The position numbers were made by a program, and so were the translations under genes. Below, piece by piece: positions 48,820-62,880 of a stretch of DNA of 64,000 nt (within the stretch, counting starts at the first letter, position 1; every line of letters begins with the position of its first letter). The DNA is from Scyliorhinus canicula (taxonomy: Eukaryota). The stretch is taken from NCBI RefSeq assembly GCF_902713615.1, contig NC_052157.1, forward strand, positions 2,294,001-2,358,000, given 5' to 3'. The notes under the pieces are model-generated. The model saw only the letters and a program-made list of their open reading frames with translations. It was not told the DNA's origin and did no database searches.

Positions 48820-50381
48820 CAATTCTGTAACTCATCCGCTTCATTCTGGATCACAACGTCTTCACCTTCGACAAGTTCTTCATCCAGACACATGGAACAG
48901 CCATGGGGACCAAATTCGCACCTCAATATGCCAACTTCATGCACAAGTTTGAACAAGACCTCCTCACCACACAAAACCTTCAACCGACGTTATACACCAG
49001 ATACATCAATGACATTTTTTTCCTTTGGATCCACGGCGAAGAATCACTGAAACGACTACACGATGACATCAATAAGTTCCACTCCACCATCAGACTCACC
49101 ATAGACTACTCTCCAAAATCAGTTGCATCTTTGGACACCCTCCTCTCCATTAAGGACGGTCACCTTAGCACTTTGCTTTACCGCAAGCCCATGGATAATC
49201 TCCCGATGCTCCACTTCTCCAGCTTCCACCCTAAACACATTAAAGAAGCCATCCCCTATGGACAAGCCCTCCGTATACACAGGATTTGCTCAGGCGAGGA
49301 GAAGCGTAACAGACATCTACAGACGCTGAAAGATGCCCTCGTACGAACGGGATATAGCGCACGACGCATCGATCAAATGTTCCAACGCGCCACAGCAAAA
49401 AACCGCACCAACCTCCTCCAGAAGACAACCACGGGACACAACCGACAGAGTACCCTTTGTCGTCCAGTACTTCCCCGGAGTGGAGAAATGATGACATCTT
49501 CGCAGCCTTCAACATGTCATCGATGAAGATGAACATCTTGCCAAGGTCACCCCCACTACTTGCCTTCAAACAACCGCGCAACCTCAAACCAACCACTGTT
49601 TGCAGCAAACTACCCAGCCTTCAGAACAGCGACCACGACACTACATAACCCTGCCATGGCAATCTCTGCAAGACATGCCAGATCATCGACATGGGTACCA
49701 CTATTACATGTGAGAACTCCACCCACCAGGTATGCGGTACATACTCGTGCGACTCGGCCAACGTTGTCTACCTCATAGGCTGCAGGAAAGGATGCCCCGA
49801 AGTGTGGTACATTGGCGAGACCATGCAGACACTGTGACAACGGATGAACGGGCATCGCGCGACAATCGGCAGGCAAGAATGTTTTTTCCAGTCAGGGAAC
49901 ACTTCAGCATTCGAGGGCATTCAGCCTCTGATCTCTGGGTAAGCGTTCTCCAAGGCGGCCTCCAGGACGCGCGACAATGCAGAATCGCTGAGCAGAAACT
50001 TATAGCCAAGTTTGCCTCAACCGGGACCTGGGATTCATGTCGCATTACATTCACCCCCCCCCCCACCACCACCATCTGGCCTGGGCTTGCAAAATCCTAC
50101 CAACTGTCCTGGCTTGAGACAATTCACACCTCTTTAACCTGGGGTTACCCCTATCTCTGGCTCTGTAAAGACTTAATTACCTGCAAATGCTCGCATTCAA
50201 AGCATTGTCTTGCATCTTTGACTTTGTCTATATATATGTTTCTGGAACATACCTCTCCATTCACCTGAGGGAGGAGCAGTGCTCCCAAAGCTAGTGATTT
50301 GAAACAAACCTGTTGGACTTTAACCTGGTGTTGTAAGACTTCTTACTGTGCTCACCTCAGTCCAAATCCGGCATCTCCACA
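48820..50381 (+). mobile_element. Penelope-like element (RT plus GIY-YIG endonuclease), 5'-truncated and decayed
   Basis: GTAMGTKFAPQYAN, RYINDIF (YIDD altered), LYRKP..., then CDSANVVYLIGCRKGCPEVWYIGET (GIY-YIG), and a terminal pLTR with a hammerhead-like motif. Confidence 0.9.
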
Positions 50382-51659
50382 TTGTGTTGGTAATGCTTAT
50401 TCCTTAGTGCTCTTTCCTTATCCATTTGAAATGAAAATGAAATGAAATGAAAATCGCTTATTGTCACAAGTAGGCTTCAATGAAGTTACTGTGAAAAGCC
50501 CCTAGTCGCCACATTCCGGCGCATGTCCGGGGAGGCTGGTACGGGAATCGAACTGTGCTGCTGGTCTGCTTGGTTTGCTTTAAAAGCCAGCGATTTAGCC
50601 CAGTGAGCTAAACCAGCCACATTCCGGTGCCTGTTCGGGTGCACAGAGGGAGAATTTAGAATATCCAATTCACCTAACATTTGTCACATTATATAATCTT
50701 TATTGGTGTCACGAGTAGGCTTACATTAACACTGCAAATGAAGTTACTGTGAAAAGCCTCTAGTAATAATAATAATAATCGCTTAATGTCACAAGTAGGC
50801 TTCAATGAGGTTACTGTGAAAAGCCCATAGTCGCCACATTCCGGTGCCTGTTCGGGGAGGCCGGTACGGGAATTGAACCCGAGCAGCTGGCATGGTTCTG
50901 CATTACAAGCCAGCTATTTAGCCCACTGTGCTAAACCAGCCACATTCCGGCGCCTGTTCGGGTACACAGGGAGAATTTAGAATATTCAATTCACCTAACA
51001 GCACCTCTTTCAGGACTTGTGGGAGGAAATCGGAGCACCTGGAGGAAACGCGCGCAGAGACGGGGAGAACGTGCAGACTCCGCACAGATAGTGACCTAAT
51101 TCGGGAATTGAACCTGGGGCCCTGGAGCTGTGAAGCCACAGTGCTAACCACGGTGCTACCGTGCTGCCCATTATGTCGTTTATGCAGTTTATTTTAATGA
51201 GTTTTATATCGTCTGGTTAAAGTAACAATTGGTTCTTCCATTTAATTTGGTTACATTGTGTTTCCCCAAAAACTCAAATATTTAGTTCACGAATAACAGA
51301 TAACAGTCCAGTCTGTTGGAAGAGTGAGTGGAAAGTTACTGCAAATGGGGTTTCATCAGTTCAGAAGCAAGAGTAGTCAGAATGAATTTTGTAAGTAATA
51401 TTCGGCATAAAAGTGTGAAAGTTGCTGGAAATTGATTCTGAGAGTTTTTCTATATTTTTAAGACCAGGATGGTTCATAACAAATAGAACTTTAGATTAAA
51501 ATACATAATCCTGCCTGAGAAACTCAGCCGGTCAGGCGGAACCTACGGAGAGAGAAACAGAACTAATCTTTCAAGTCCATATGGCTCTTGAATTTTATAT
51601 CTTTGCATTTGAATGAAGTCACTGATGGTTTTGTGAGTTCCCTCCGGTCAAACAAGCTG

Positions 51660-54600
51660 CAAGATGTCAGGGATACAGCCCATTGTGTTGCTGGGGCGTT
51701 GACTCAACGTGTCCGCCCTTAGACCATCCTCTATCTCACCTCCCAGCTCCTCCTCCCACTTGCACTTCAGCTCCTCGGTCTGCGTCTCCTCTGACCCCAT
51801 AAGTTTCTTGTAAATGTCCGAGATGCTCCCTTCTCCTACTCACCCTCTGGAAATTACCCTGTCCTGAATCCCCCTCAGTGGTAGGAGCGGGAAGGTTGGC
51901 ACCTGTTTACGAAGGAAGTCCCGCACCTGCAGATACCTGAATTTGATTCCCCTCGCCAGCCCAAACTTTTCCTCCAACGCCCTCTTACTCAGAAAGCTCC
52001 TCTCTATCAACATATCCCCCATCCTCTCAATCCCTGCTCTCCGCCATAACTGGAACCCCCCATCCATACTCCCTGGGGCAAACCGGTGATTATCACAAAT
52101 TGGGGCCCTGAACAATGCGCCCACATGCCGCCTCCACTGGCCCCAAACTCTCAGGGCCGCCACCACCATGGGGCGGGTGGAGTACCGTGCCAGCGGGAGT
52201 GGCAGAGGCACAGTTACCAACGCCCCCAAACTGGTGTCCTTGCATGAAGCCGCCTCCATACGCACCCATGCTGACCCCTCCCCCACCACCCACTTCCTGA
52301 TCATGGCTATATTAGCCGCCCAGTAATAGTTCCTAAAATTTGGCAGCGCCAGCCCGACCTCTCCCCGACTCCACTCAAGCATTACCTTCCTTACTCGCGG
52401 GGTTTTGCCCGCTCAGACGAAGCCCATGATCACTCTGTTGACCCACTTAAAAAAGGACCGTGGAATAAAGATGGGGAGACATTGAAATACAAATAGGAAT
52501 CTCGGGAGGATCGTCATTTTCACCGTTTGCACCCTCCTGGCCAGAGACAAGGGAAGCGCGTCCCATCTCCGAAAATCGTCCTTCATTTGGTCCACTAGCC
52601 GGGCCAGATTCAATTTATGCAGCCGGTCCCATTCCCGCGCCACTTGGATGCCCAGGTACCTGAAACTACCCCCTACTGACCTAAACGGCAGCTCCCCCAG
52701 GCGCCCCTCCTGTCCCCTCGCCTGAACCACAAACACCTCACTCTTTTCCATATTTAGCTTATACCCCGAAAACCAGCCAAATTCCCCTAGAATCTTCATG
52801 ATTTCTTCCATCTCCTCTACTGGGTCCAAAACAAAACGTACAGAAGCAGATCATCCGTATAGAACGAAATCCTCAACAACACTGGCCCCAATATCCCCGA
52901 GAACTTTTTATAAAACTCCATTGGATACCCGTCCGGACCTGGGGCCTTACCCGCCTGCATGGCCTTCAAGCCCTCCACTATCTCCTCCAGCCCGTTTGGG
53001 GCCCTCAGCCCTTCTACTCCATCCACCGTTGGGAAATTCAGCCCCTCCAAGAAATGCCTCATCCCCTCCGGCCCCGTAGGGTGTTCCTGGACAGCCTGCT
53101 GTAGAAATCCCTAAACGCCTTATTGTGAATCCCTATATTGATCCTCTCAGAGCGAACTTGATTTTCTCCAGACTGAGAAACTACCATATCGCTGATCCAC
53201 ACTCTTGATTCCGGGGGCTCCGAGTCCCTCCATCTCAGCAATATCTGGCTTTGGGCCACCAGAGAGGAGAAGGTCAGGGTATCGGCAAGCCCCCCCCAAT
53301 CCCGGGATCTTCCGACACCCCAAATATTGCTCATTCTGGCATCGGAGTTACCCTACCTTCCAGGACTACCGAGATAATATCTGCAAATCCCTGCCAGAAT
53401 TCCCTCCATTTCGGACATGCCCAAAACATATGAACATGGTTGGCCGGGCTACCCCCACACCGTCCACATCTGTCCTCCACCTCATCGAAGTACCTACTCA
53501 CCCGAGCTACCGTTATGTGGGCCCTGTGGACTACCTTGAACTGAATCAAGCTGAGTCTAGCACAGGACGAGGATGCATTTACCCTTTTCAAGGCTTTTTC
53601 CCACCGTTCGGATTCCAGCTCCCCTCCTAGCTCCTCTTCACCTCTCTGATAGGGGCCCCTTCCCACTCTAACAATTCCCTGTATATATCCGAAACCTTCC
53701 CACCTCCAATCCCTGTTTTTGACAGCACTTTATCCTGTAGTCCCCTCAGGGGGAGGTGTGGAAAGCTTGGGATCTGTCTCCTTACGAAGTCCCGCACTTG
53801 AAGATACCGAAACCCATTCCCACCTGGCAAATCAAACTCCTCTCCAAGGTCGGAATGCCCTCCTGGATGAATAGATCCCCAAAACTCTCAACCTCGGCCC
53901 GCTGCCATACCTTAAAGCCCCCATCCAGCCCCCCCGAGACAAACCGGTGATTGTCACAGATCGGTGACCACACTGCGCCCCCTCCAGTCTCATATGCTGC
54001 CTCCATTGCCCCCCACCCTCAGGGCTGCCACCACCACAGGACTTGTGGAGTACCGAGCCGGCGAGAACGGCAGGGGCTCGGCAGTAAAGCCTCCAGACTT
54101 GTACCTTTTGCAGGATGCTGCCTCCATCCGCTCCCAGACCGACCCCTCCGCCACTCCCCACTTCCTGACCATCGATATGTTGGCAGCCCAGTAATAGTTA
54201 ATAAAGCTCGGGAGAGCCAATCCCCCTTCCCCAAGGGCCCGTTCCAGGCGTGTCCTCTTTACTCTCGGGGTTTTACCCGCCTATATAAATGAAATGAAAT
54301 GAAAATCGCTTATTGTGATAAGTAGGCTTCAATGAAGTTACTGTGAAAAGCCCCTAGTTGCCACGTTCCGGCACCTGTTTGGGGAGGCTGGTAAGGGAAT
54401 TGAACCGTGCTGCTGGCCTGCCTGGGTCTGCTTTAAAAGCCAGCTCTTTATCCCTGTACCTCAATATCGCCACATTCATACTTCTGAAAAAAGCCTTTGG
54501 GACAAAAATCGGGAGACACTGAAAAAAGAAAAGCTGCCTCGGAAGGACAGTCATCTTCACCATCTGAACCCTCCCTGCCAGCCTCAATGGGAGCATGTCC

Positions 54601-54850
54601 CATCTACAAAAATCCCTTCTCATTTAATCCACTGCTTTGCCCAAATTTAACTTGTGAAGCTGCCCCCAATCCTTGGCCACATGAATCCCCAGATACCTAA
54701 AACTCTTCCCAACCACTTTAAAAGGGAGCTCCTTCAACCTCCTTTCCTGCCCCCGCGTTAGAATCACTAACATCTCGCTTTTTTCCATATTTAACTTATA
54801 TCCTGAAAATTGCCCAAATTCTCCTAATACCTCCATGATTTTGGTCATCC
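51660..54850 (-). mobile_element. Stack of rearranged L1/Tx1 ORF2 fragments (with one SINE)
   Basis: GKAPGPDGYPMEFYKKF, FSGYKLNMEKSE, LALPNFRNYYWAA and CGRCGGSPANHVHMFWACP motifs. Confidence 0.85.
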
Positions 54851-56919
54851 CCCCAAGAATTATCTAATTAATCCCACTTTCCTGCTGTTTCCCAACAGTC
54901 CTGCAAATGTTTCCATAGAACCATAGAATACCTACAGTGCAGAAGGAAGTCATTCGGCCTATCAAGTTCGCACTGACCCTGCACCCTACCAGGTCCCACT
55001 CTACTGCACTATTCTTGTAACCACACCTAACCTACGGGTCAATTTTAGCATGGCCAATCTATCTAACCTGCCCATCTTTGGACTGTGGGAGGAAACCAGA
55101 GCACCCAAAGGAAACCCACGCAGGCAGGGGAGAAAGTGCAAACTCCACACAGACAGTCACCCGAGGCTGGAATTCAACCCGGGTCCCTGGCTCTGTGAGG
55201 CAGCAGTGCTAACCACTGTGCCACCATGTCGCCTGTTTCCATTTCAGTTGCGGCTGAATCTGTTTCTACCTCCCTTTCAGGCAACACATTCCACATCATA
55301 ACAGTTCATAAATGAATTGAAATGACAGCACATTTTCCTATCTCCCCCTCATTACACATGGTTGTCCAATGCTAACCCTTTAGAAGTCAGCATGAGAAAT
55401 GGGACTGTCACTACACTGATGGTGTTATGTAGATGGTGTCAGCCCCAAAACTTCCTGTTTCACCCTGTCTCAGTGGGTGATTTGTATCAGCTACTGGGTA
55501 CAAGAGTTTGGCTACTGAAAAGAGCAAGAGAGCAAAGTAATCTTCCACTTTGCAGGTAACTTTCAGTATTTGATTGTTGGTGTGTTGTGTAAATTGTCTT
55601 TTTGCTCAGTATTTTACTTTGTCATTGTGGGTGATGTTTTTTAGATACAGGAAGCCATGACCCTTTCGCACTCACGCCGAAAACCTTACAAGGCAGAAGC
55701 TGAGAGCTCTTGTTAATACATCATTTTCTGAAGCTCTGAAGATAGGAAAATGTGCGATTATTTTTGAACTGTTATGATATGGAATGTGGTGCCTGAAAGG
55801 GAGGTAGAGACCGATTCAAATATAACTTTCAAAACGGAACAGGATAAAGAATTGAAAGGAAAACATTTGCAGGACTGTTGGGACACAGCAGGAAATTGGG
55901 ATTAATTAGATTATTCTTTCACACAACAAGCACAGGTTAAATGGACCAAATGGCCTTTGTGCCAAATGATTTTTGTATGGGTTAGTACTGCCAATGTAAA
56001 GAGGATCTTCTTGGTGAAAGACCTCTCCTGTTACTGGGAAAAATGTTGCATTGAATTCCTTGTCTGAGCTCCACTAAAGATTTGCAAACAGCTAGTTTCT
56101 AAACCCCAGCAGAAGGTTCATCAGCAAAAGACCATTTATTTCCTTTGCTTCGTTCTATTGTCGAACTTGTAACTGATAGATTTTGAGTGTAACGAGTAGA
56201 AATAATCCTTTTTGTATCTCCAAAAGTCCCTTACTTGAAAATAGAAAGTTCATCAGAGATAGTTAGTAGAGGTGTGGAGACCTATACTTGTCAATCCTTT
56301 CAGTACTTGATGTTCAGTTCATTCAAAAGGAGCGTGAGTTGTGAAAATAATTTCACTCGTACAATTTTGGTTAACCCTCTGGCTTCACAGCGCCAGGGTC
56401 CCAGGTTCGATTCCCCGCTGGGTCACTGTCTGTGCAGAGTCTGCACGTTCTCCCCATGTCTGTGTGGGTTTCCTCCGGGTGCTCCGGTTTCCTCCCACAG
56501 TCCAAAGACGTGCAAGTTAGGTGGATTGGCTGTAATAAATTGTCCTTAGTGACCAAAAAGATTAGGAGGGGTTATTGGGTTACGGGGATAGGGTGGAAAT
56601 GAGGGCTTGAGTCGGTCGGTGCAGACTCGATGGGCCGAATGGCCTCCTTCTGCATTGTATGTTCTGTGTTCTAATTGGAGGCAGGGTTTGCAAGTTATGG
56701 AAATCAGATCCTGCTCAGCAACACTTGCAGACAGTGCAAGTATTATGTTTTTTCATTTGATTGCCATAGACTGAGCGTACAGTTATAGGAGTGGTGAAAT
56801 ATGCAAAGATAATTTTAATGGGAGACTGAACACTGGCCAAGAGTTTCAGCTTCGGGAAGAATTAGCGAACTGGTTTCCAACTGAACTCAAAATTGTGTTC
56901 ATTTTCAAGAGTTTCTGCT

Positions 56920-58225
56920 CAGTTAGTAAAGAAATAGTTTTGGGAAAATTACTGGGATTGAAAGCGGATAAAACCCCAGGGCCTGATAAACTTCATCCCA
57001 GAGTACTTATGGAAGTGGTCCTAGAAATAGTAGATCCATTGGTAATAATTTTCCAAAATTCTTTGGACTCTGGAATGGTTCCTACAGATTGGAGGGTAGC
57101 AAATGTAATCCTGCTATTCAAAAAGGGAGGTAGAGAGAAAACAGGGAACTATAGACCAGTGAGCCTAACGTTGGTAGTGGGAAGTTGCTGGAGTTCATTA
57201 TCAAGGATTTCGTAGCACAACATTTGGAAAGCAGTGGTGCAATCAGATAAAGTCAGCGGGGATTTACAAAAGGAAAATTATGCTTGACAAATCTACTAGA
57301 ATTCTTTGAAGATGTAACTAGTAGGGTTGACCGGGGAGAACATGTGGTTTATTTAGACTAGATTACTATGTAAAGTTAAAGCGCGTGGGATTGTTGGTAG
57401 TGACTTGGATATGGATAAAAAGCTGATTAGCAGACAGGAAGCAAATAGTTGAAATAACTGGGTCTTTGTCTGATTGGTAGGCAGTGACTACTGGGGTAAT
57501 GCAGGGATCTTTGCTGGGACCCCAACTGTTCACGTTATATATTAATTATTTGGACAAGGGAACTAAATGCATGATCTCCAAATTTGTGGGTGGGAGGGTG
57601 AGCTGTGAGGAGGATGCAGAGATGCTTCAGTATGATTTGGACAGGCTGAGTGAGTGGGCACATGCATTGCAGATGCAGTATAATGTGGATAAATGTGGAT
57701 AAATTGAGAGAGGCGGATGCTCAGTGAGACCTTGGCATCCTTGTGCATCAGGCACTGAAAGTAAGCGCGCAGGTACAGCAGGCAGTAAAGAAGGCAAATG
57801 GTATGTCGGCCTTCATAGCGGAAGGATTTGTGTATAGGAATAGGGATGTTTTACTGCAATTGTATAGGGCATTGATGAGGCCACACCTGGAGTATTCTCT
57901 CCAGTTTTGGTGTCCTTACTTGAGGAAGGATGTTCTTGCTATGGAGGGAGCGCAGCGAAGGTTTACCCGGGATGGCGGGACTGTCATATGAGGAGAGACT
58001 AAATCGGTTAGGATTATATTCATTGGAGTTTAGAAGTGTGAGAGTGGATCTCATAGTAACGTGTAAAATTCTAACAGGATTAGATATGGTAGATACAGAA
58101 AGAATGTCGGGGGGGGGAGAGAATCAGAGTATTGAACTGGATGATCAGCCACGATCATAATGAATGGTGGAGCAGCCTCGGCGGGTTGAATGGCCCCCTG
58201 CTGCTTCTATTTTCAATGTTTCTAT
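56920..58225 (+). mobile_element. Decayed CR1 LINE
   Basis: KTPGPDKLHPRVL...GNYRPVSLT, GVMQGSLLGPQLF and RPHLEYSLQFW motifs; CR1 3' tail. Confidence 0.85.
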
Positions 58226-59819
58226 ACTCTGTTCAGATAATTTTTTTGTTCTAATTAAGGGGTAATTTAGCGTGGCCAATCCACCTACCCTGCACATCTT
58301 TGGGTTGTGTGGATGTGACCCACGCATGTTCAGATCATTAACATACACTTCAAACAGCAAGGACACAGCACCGATCCCTGTGGTATGCCACTGGACACGG
58401 GCTTCCAGACAGAAAAACAATCTTTCACCATCACCCTCTGCCTCCTGCCACAAAGCCATTTTGGATCCAATTTGCAAAATTGCCCTGGATCCCATGGGCT
58501 CTTACCACCTTGACCAGTTTCCCAGGAAAGACCTTGTGTTTAATATTAAGAGCCTCATTGAAGGACTGCAAAGTAGGGCAATTTTGAACTGCGGGTGTGG
58601 CCAGTTTTATGAGTGGGTTCCAGTATGAACTTTTTTAAACCAACATAAAAGATAACAGGGACACAATTCGCACGGACGTAACTGGTACATGAAATTCCCT
58701 GATGTCGGCGCTAATTTGACCAATTTCGGACCAATTGCTCTGGAAATATCAGCACATTCCGGCCTCCTGTGTTTAAAATAATGCAATGAATTATAGTAAA
58801 TGCATATATTCAGGGCTGACAGAAGGACCCTTTTGTGGATTAAAGTAAGGATAGGCATATTCTATACACTAAAAATCTGGACAATGGGGAGAAACTAGGT
58901 GCTTCCCATTGGAAAAGGAGGAACAAGCAGGATGCGTCACCCAGGCTCATACTTGCGTTGCTGTGAAGTGGGGTGAATTTTTATTATATTTCATATAAAA
59001 TTTAGATAGTGGAATTTATTAAAGTTGGGTTCAGCTGAATGATTTTGTCTCTGTGCCTAATCCACATACTGGGCTGGATCCTCCATCTAGCTAGGGGATT
59101 TTCACAGTAACTTTATTGTGGTGTTAATGTAAGCCTACTTGTGACAATAATAACGTTTATTCTAGCTCAGATGTGTCACTAAATTCACTGGAAACGATTG
59201 ATGTGTGGGTGGCTGACCTTCGAAATTCCAAAGTGTGAGTTTCGAAAGTGAGGGATAAGCAGGCTAATTCATTATCTGCGATGGTTAAATAACGGAAGGG
59301 GTGTTTCAGAGAACAGACTTGAGTCTCAACATCAACATCAGTGACATGAAAGATTAATTTTTGGCCTAAAGGTCTGCCCTAGCTGCTCAGTTTTAGTTTA
59401 GCATTTACTGATTCTCTGTCAGGATTCAGTCCAGTAATTGATCTAAAATTGTTATACCCAAATATTTATTCTGAAACTAATTGTATAAGAAAAATATTCT
59501 AATTGCTTGCAGACAAATTCTGTCTTTATTGTTTTACATGCCATTTCAGTTTCTTGTCTTGGATCTTATGCTCCCCACTCACCTTTGTCCCCCTCCAAGA
59601 TGAACAGGAGTGTACCTTGTAAACCTTATTGTGTAGCATTGGCATGTTGCTGGGTCTGATCTGATTTGCCGAAATATTGCTTTAAATGTTTTTGTTTGTT
59701 GCTTGTACATTTGTAATTTATTTGTTTTTTCTATAAAAGAACATCAATTGAAATGCAAGCAAAGCAGACCTTAGAAAATCCTGTCCATTTAACTGGTGAC
59801 TTGTTCTCTCTTTCAACAG

Positions 59820-59862
59820 AAACCTGATATCAAGATCACTGAAAACACTCTCTCGTTCAGAG
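59820..59862 (+). CDS. HACD3: HACD3 coding exon 2 (43 nt)
   Basis: caacag| and |gtaaga; KPDIKITENTLSFR, compare human NPAISITENVLHFK. Confidence 0.9.
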
Positions 59863-60629
59863 GTAAGATTGTAATACTCATCTTTTTCTGTTGTGTAAAT
59901 AGAAGTCAAAACTCAAACGCTTGGATTATAAGCTAATTTGTTTCCTGATCAAAGAAAAACAATGGCGCTGTCTTGTAACATTTCTGATGGTGCTAGTGTT
60001 TAGCTGCTGACAGGATCTTGTTGTAAGCAAATTTGTTCTGATAAACTGAGATTGAACTCGGGTCCTCAATGCCGTAGGCAGCAGTGCTAACCACCGTGCC
60101 GCCCCAGCATCCCGTACAACTGTAGCAAAGCTTGCCTGCTTTTAGATTCCATTTCGCTTGTAATAAATGACAACATTCCATTTATCTTCCAAATCACCTG
60201 CAGAAGATCGAATATAGTCTTCAGGAGAAGTGAGATTAGAGGATCGGGTTGAGTGTGGAGTAGATGTCATTCAATCCTCACTTGAAGACTCTACATTCTG
60301 TCCTTATTTTCGTGTAATATACTTTTGTTCAAAATTAGTTAAATTGCAAATGTTAGTGCAAAAGGCTGAGAAACTGAGATGCAAATAGTCAGGGGGCGAT
60401 CAGGCCTTTACATGACAAATGCTGTACAAATTTAAGCCAGCTGCATATAGGTACCTCTTTAGATTCACTGATAACAGCAAAGACAGTGCCCAGTATAGTC
60501 ATTTCTACTGATCCCAAGACTGAAATATATAATTTCTTGACCCTGACAAAGGTATTTGAATACAGGTGTGATGTCTAATGTGTTATGTAATGTCAAATAT
60601 TTTCTAATGTGCTTCGTATCCACCTTCAG

Positions 60630-60703
60630 CACATGGCCATGGTGCAAAAGGGGACAATGCATACGAATTCCACCTTACATTTTTGGAACCAGTAAACCCT
60701 GAG
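60630..60703 (+). CDS. HACD3: HACD3 coding exon 3 (74 nt)
   Basis: cttcag| and |gtatgt; AHGHGAKGDNAYEFHLTFLEPVNPE. Confidence 0.93.
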
Positions 60704-61554
60704 GTATGTCACTAATTTCTGATACTGTACCACTAACTGTGATTGTATTTCAGTGACGAATCAAATGAAAGTTGACTATTTCCAATTGATCTTAACTGTT
60801 ACAGCAGGAAGACATTTAAGAGCTTTAGAAAATTATTTCCTCCTCCTAGTTGTAGCCAGAAATGCATGCTACAATTCTAATGTCCAGAGCTGGGGCTCCA
60901 AGGAACCTCATTGCTAGGTGTTCATCTGCTGCTTATTGTGGAGGACCTACCCCAGAGCGGAAGATCATGTAGCCATGAGATTTATAGGCAACCTTTCAGA
61001 AATGATAGCCTTATTCAAAGTTGGCATTATCCAACCTGAATTGTAATGCAGTCTGTATAAATATCAAGATTCGTGTTTGGAACTGTTAAAATATTACTAA
61101 TAATCTAGTTCAGTACATGTTTTTGCTCGTGGATCATTGCACAAACCTAGTTCCCGAGGTTGTTAAGTCATAATGTGAAATGGAATTACATAAAAGACAG
61201 TTTGTGTAGTGGTGACGGACTGCCAGCCCTGAAGGAAATTAGTGAGCCAGCTTTCAAAAAAATTATCGAGACTTTTTGTTTGTTCTGTTTTGTGAAACCC
61301 CACAAATTAATAGTTCCTGGATACGTGATGACTGACCAATCGCTGTGTGAAGCATTGCAAATTCACATTCAGGATGTTGTGGTGATTCCTAAACTGCACA
61401 ATAGTTGTGGTTTCTGTAATCGGCTTATCCCATCAGGGACAGTTAAGCTCTTTTTTGCTTTTATATTTCGTTTGCTTCTGCTGTATAAATGTATTTCGAT
61501 GAATATATCTTATAGTTTTAATTCAAAACTATGAAAAAATTGTTGTGTTTTTAG

Positions 61555-61719
61555 CCAGCGTTTAGGGCCACAGAAAGACAGGTAACTATCACAGTGAAGA
61601 AATCCGAGAATAGATGGTGGGACAGGCTTACCAAACAAGAAAAGAAGCCAATATTCTTGGTTCCTGATTTTGACCGTTGGCTGGACGAGTCTGACGCTGA
61701 AATGGAACTCCAGGCAAAG
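61555..61719 (+). CDS. HACD3: HACD3 coding exon 4 (165 nt)
   Basis: ttttag| and |gtaagt; PAFRATERQVTITVKKSENRWWDRLTKQEKKPIFLVPDFDRWLDESDAEMELQAK. Confidence 0.95.
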
Positions 61720-62880
61720 GTAAGTTCAATGAGGAGGCTCTACCTTTGGTTTTGGGTTAAAGAATTGCCCTTTCCTTTCTCTACTTCTGCTTCAAAACCA
61801 CTCGCTGTGAGAATTCATGTTGAACATTCTCTATCAAACCTGGTTTTCGTCCATAGCGCAAAGGGGGGCATTATGGCACAGCGGTTACCACTGCTGCTTC
61901 ACAGCACTAGGGACCCGGGTCGATTCTGACCGTGGGTCACTGTCTGTATGGAGTTTGCACGTTCTCCCCATGTCTGTGTGGGGTTCCTCCGGGTGCTCCG
62001 GTTTCCTTCCACAGCCCAAAGATGTGCAGGTTAGGTGGATTGGCCATGCTAAATTGCGCCTGCTAAATTGGCCTTTGTGTCCAAAAGGTTAGGTGGGGTT
62101 ACGGGGATAGGGCGGGGAACTGGGCTTAGGTTAGAGGGTGCTTTCTGAGGGTCGGTGCAGACTCGATGGGCCAAATGGCTTCCTTCTGCACTGTAGAGTT
62201 CAATGATTCTAAACCTGATTACATTATTGCCAAATAACCACCAAATTGACATTGTTAATAAAACACGCCATATGGACAACGGATGTGAAACTGGCAATAG
62301 TCTGATGTAGTTCACAGAATTCGAGTGCAGAAGAGGCCCTTCAGCCCATCGAGTCTGCACTACTGCATGAAAGACACCTGACCTGTCCGCCTATAGCCAA
62401 GTTCGGTACAACATTTAAACAAAATCATACAACACAATTAACCAACATTACACAATAGGAGAAAGAGACTAACAAGCAAAAACACAGATTAACTTTAACC
62501 CCAAAAGCTAAACTCAACCCCCTATCAGCTGACGGTAACTAGCTCCTTAAAAAAAAATCAACGGCTGCCATCTTGGGTAGAACCCTGCTACCGACCCTAT
62601 AATAGTGAACTTAACCTTTTCCAAATGTAAAAAAGACATGAGGTCACCCAACCAGGCTGAGGCACGAGGCGGATTAGGACATCTCCACCCAAGTCGATCT
62701 TGCCTCCAGGCTATCAAAGAGGTGAAGGAGAACATCTGCTTTCACCCTGAGTCTGATACCCCAGAAATGGCCACCAGCGGACATGGATCCAAATCGGCAT
62801 TGAGTGTCTCCGACAAGGTGTTGAAGAAAGAGACCCAGAATCTGTCCAACTTGGGGCCAGACCAGAGCATACGAGTGTGG

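Noticed and set aside
59217-59250. Short inverted repeat TTCGAAATTC...GAGTTTCGAA
   Set aside because: Ten-bp imperfect arms are expected by chance in 64 kb; no supporting context.
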